Shown here piece by piece: positions 33,966 to 34,247 of a stretch of 34,247 bases of DNA. The notes beneath the pieces are model-generated. The model was not told where the DNA came from, ran no database searches, and worked only from the letters and a program-made list of their open reading frames with translations. The first letter of the stretch is position 1, and each line of letters opens with the position of its first letter. The stretch covers positions 65,555,441-65,589,687 of the forward strand of contig NC_068989.1 in the NCBI RefSeq assembly GCF_001194135.2, written 5' to 3'. The position numbers and the translations under genes were made by a program. This DNA comes from Octopus bimaculoides (Eukaryota).

Positions 33966-34247
33966 ACAGGAGTTCTACCACCCAAACAGACCTTGTGGAT
34001 AAATAACATCCAGAACAAAATTAAAAAAAAGAGAAAAGATTTATCGATTCTCAACGAAATTAGTAAACAATCAACACTACTAAGTAACAAGAAGAAAACA
34101 AAAATACCGTACAAATACAGCATTACAGAAAAAGACTTACCTGAGGCAAAAGAAAAACTAAAGCAAGACATCCTTGCCAAAGCACAGAGGATCCGCCGGT
34201 ATGAGAAACGCCAACGTTTCTTTGAACAAAACAAACAGTTCAAATCC
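33966..34247 (+). mobile_element. Fragment of an R4/Dong-type LINE ORF (region N-terminal to the RT), open to the window edge
   Basis: Stop-free frame TGVLPPKQTLWINNIQNKIKKKRKDLSILNEI...EKDLPEAKEKLKQDILAKAQRIRRYEKRQRFFEQNKQFKS. The W...I..KI...RKDLS and LKQ...AK..R.RRY..R..F..QN..F motifs precede the RT domain in R4-clade proteins (recalled knowledge). Confidence 0.75.

Overview
AT-rich, microsatellite-dense eukaryotic non-coding DNA with six N gaps. The repeat repertoire looks like an octopus/cephalopod genome; this is inferred from recalled repeat families, not from a database search. I can support no intact host gene, rRNA gene or CRISPR array, and most ORFs in the track are microsatellite or N-gap artefacts. 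The window is a mosaic of mobile-element debris: at least five tRNA-derived SINE families, four pieces of restriction-like-endonuclease (RLE, R4/Dong-type) non-LTR retrotransposons, two copies of a DD37D/maT-type Tc1/mariner transposon, MITE-like pieces and a spacerless palindrome of about 143 bp. The most interesting signal is a set of minimal hammerhead-ribozyme-like motifs in three unrelated repeat contexts. One is the 3' tail of a tRNA-Ile-like SINE present as a head-to-head inverted pair, which suggests a SINE built on a Penelope-like-element end. All hammerhead copies here are degenerate, so activity can only be proposed for the family consensus.
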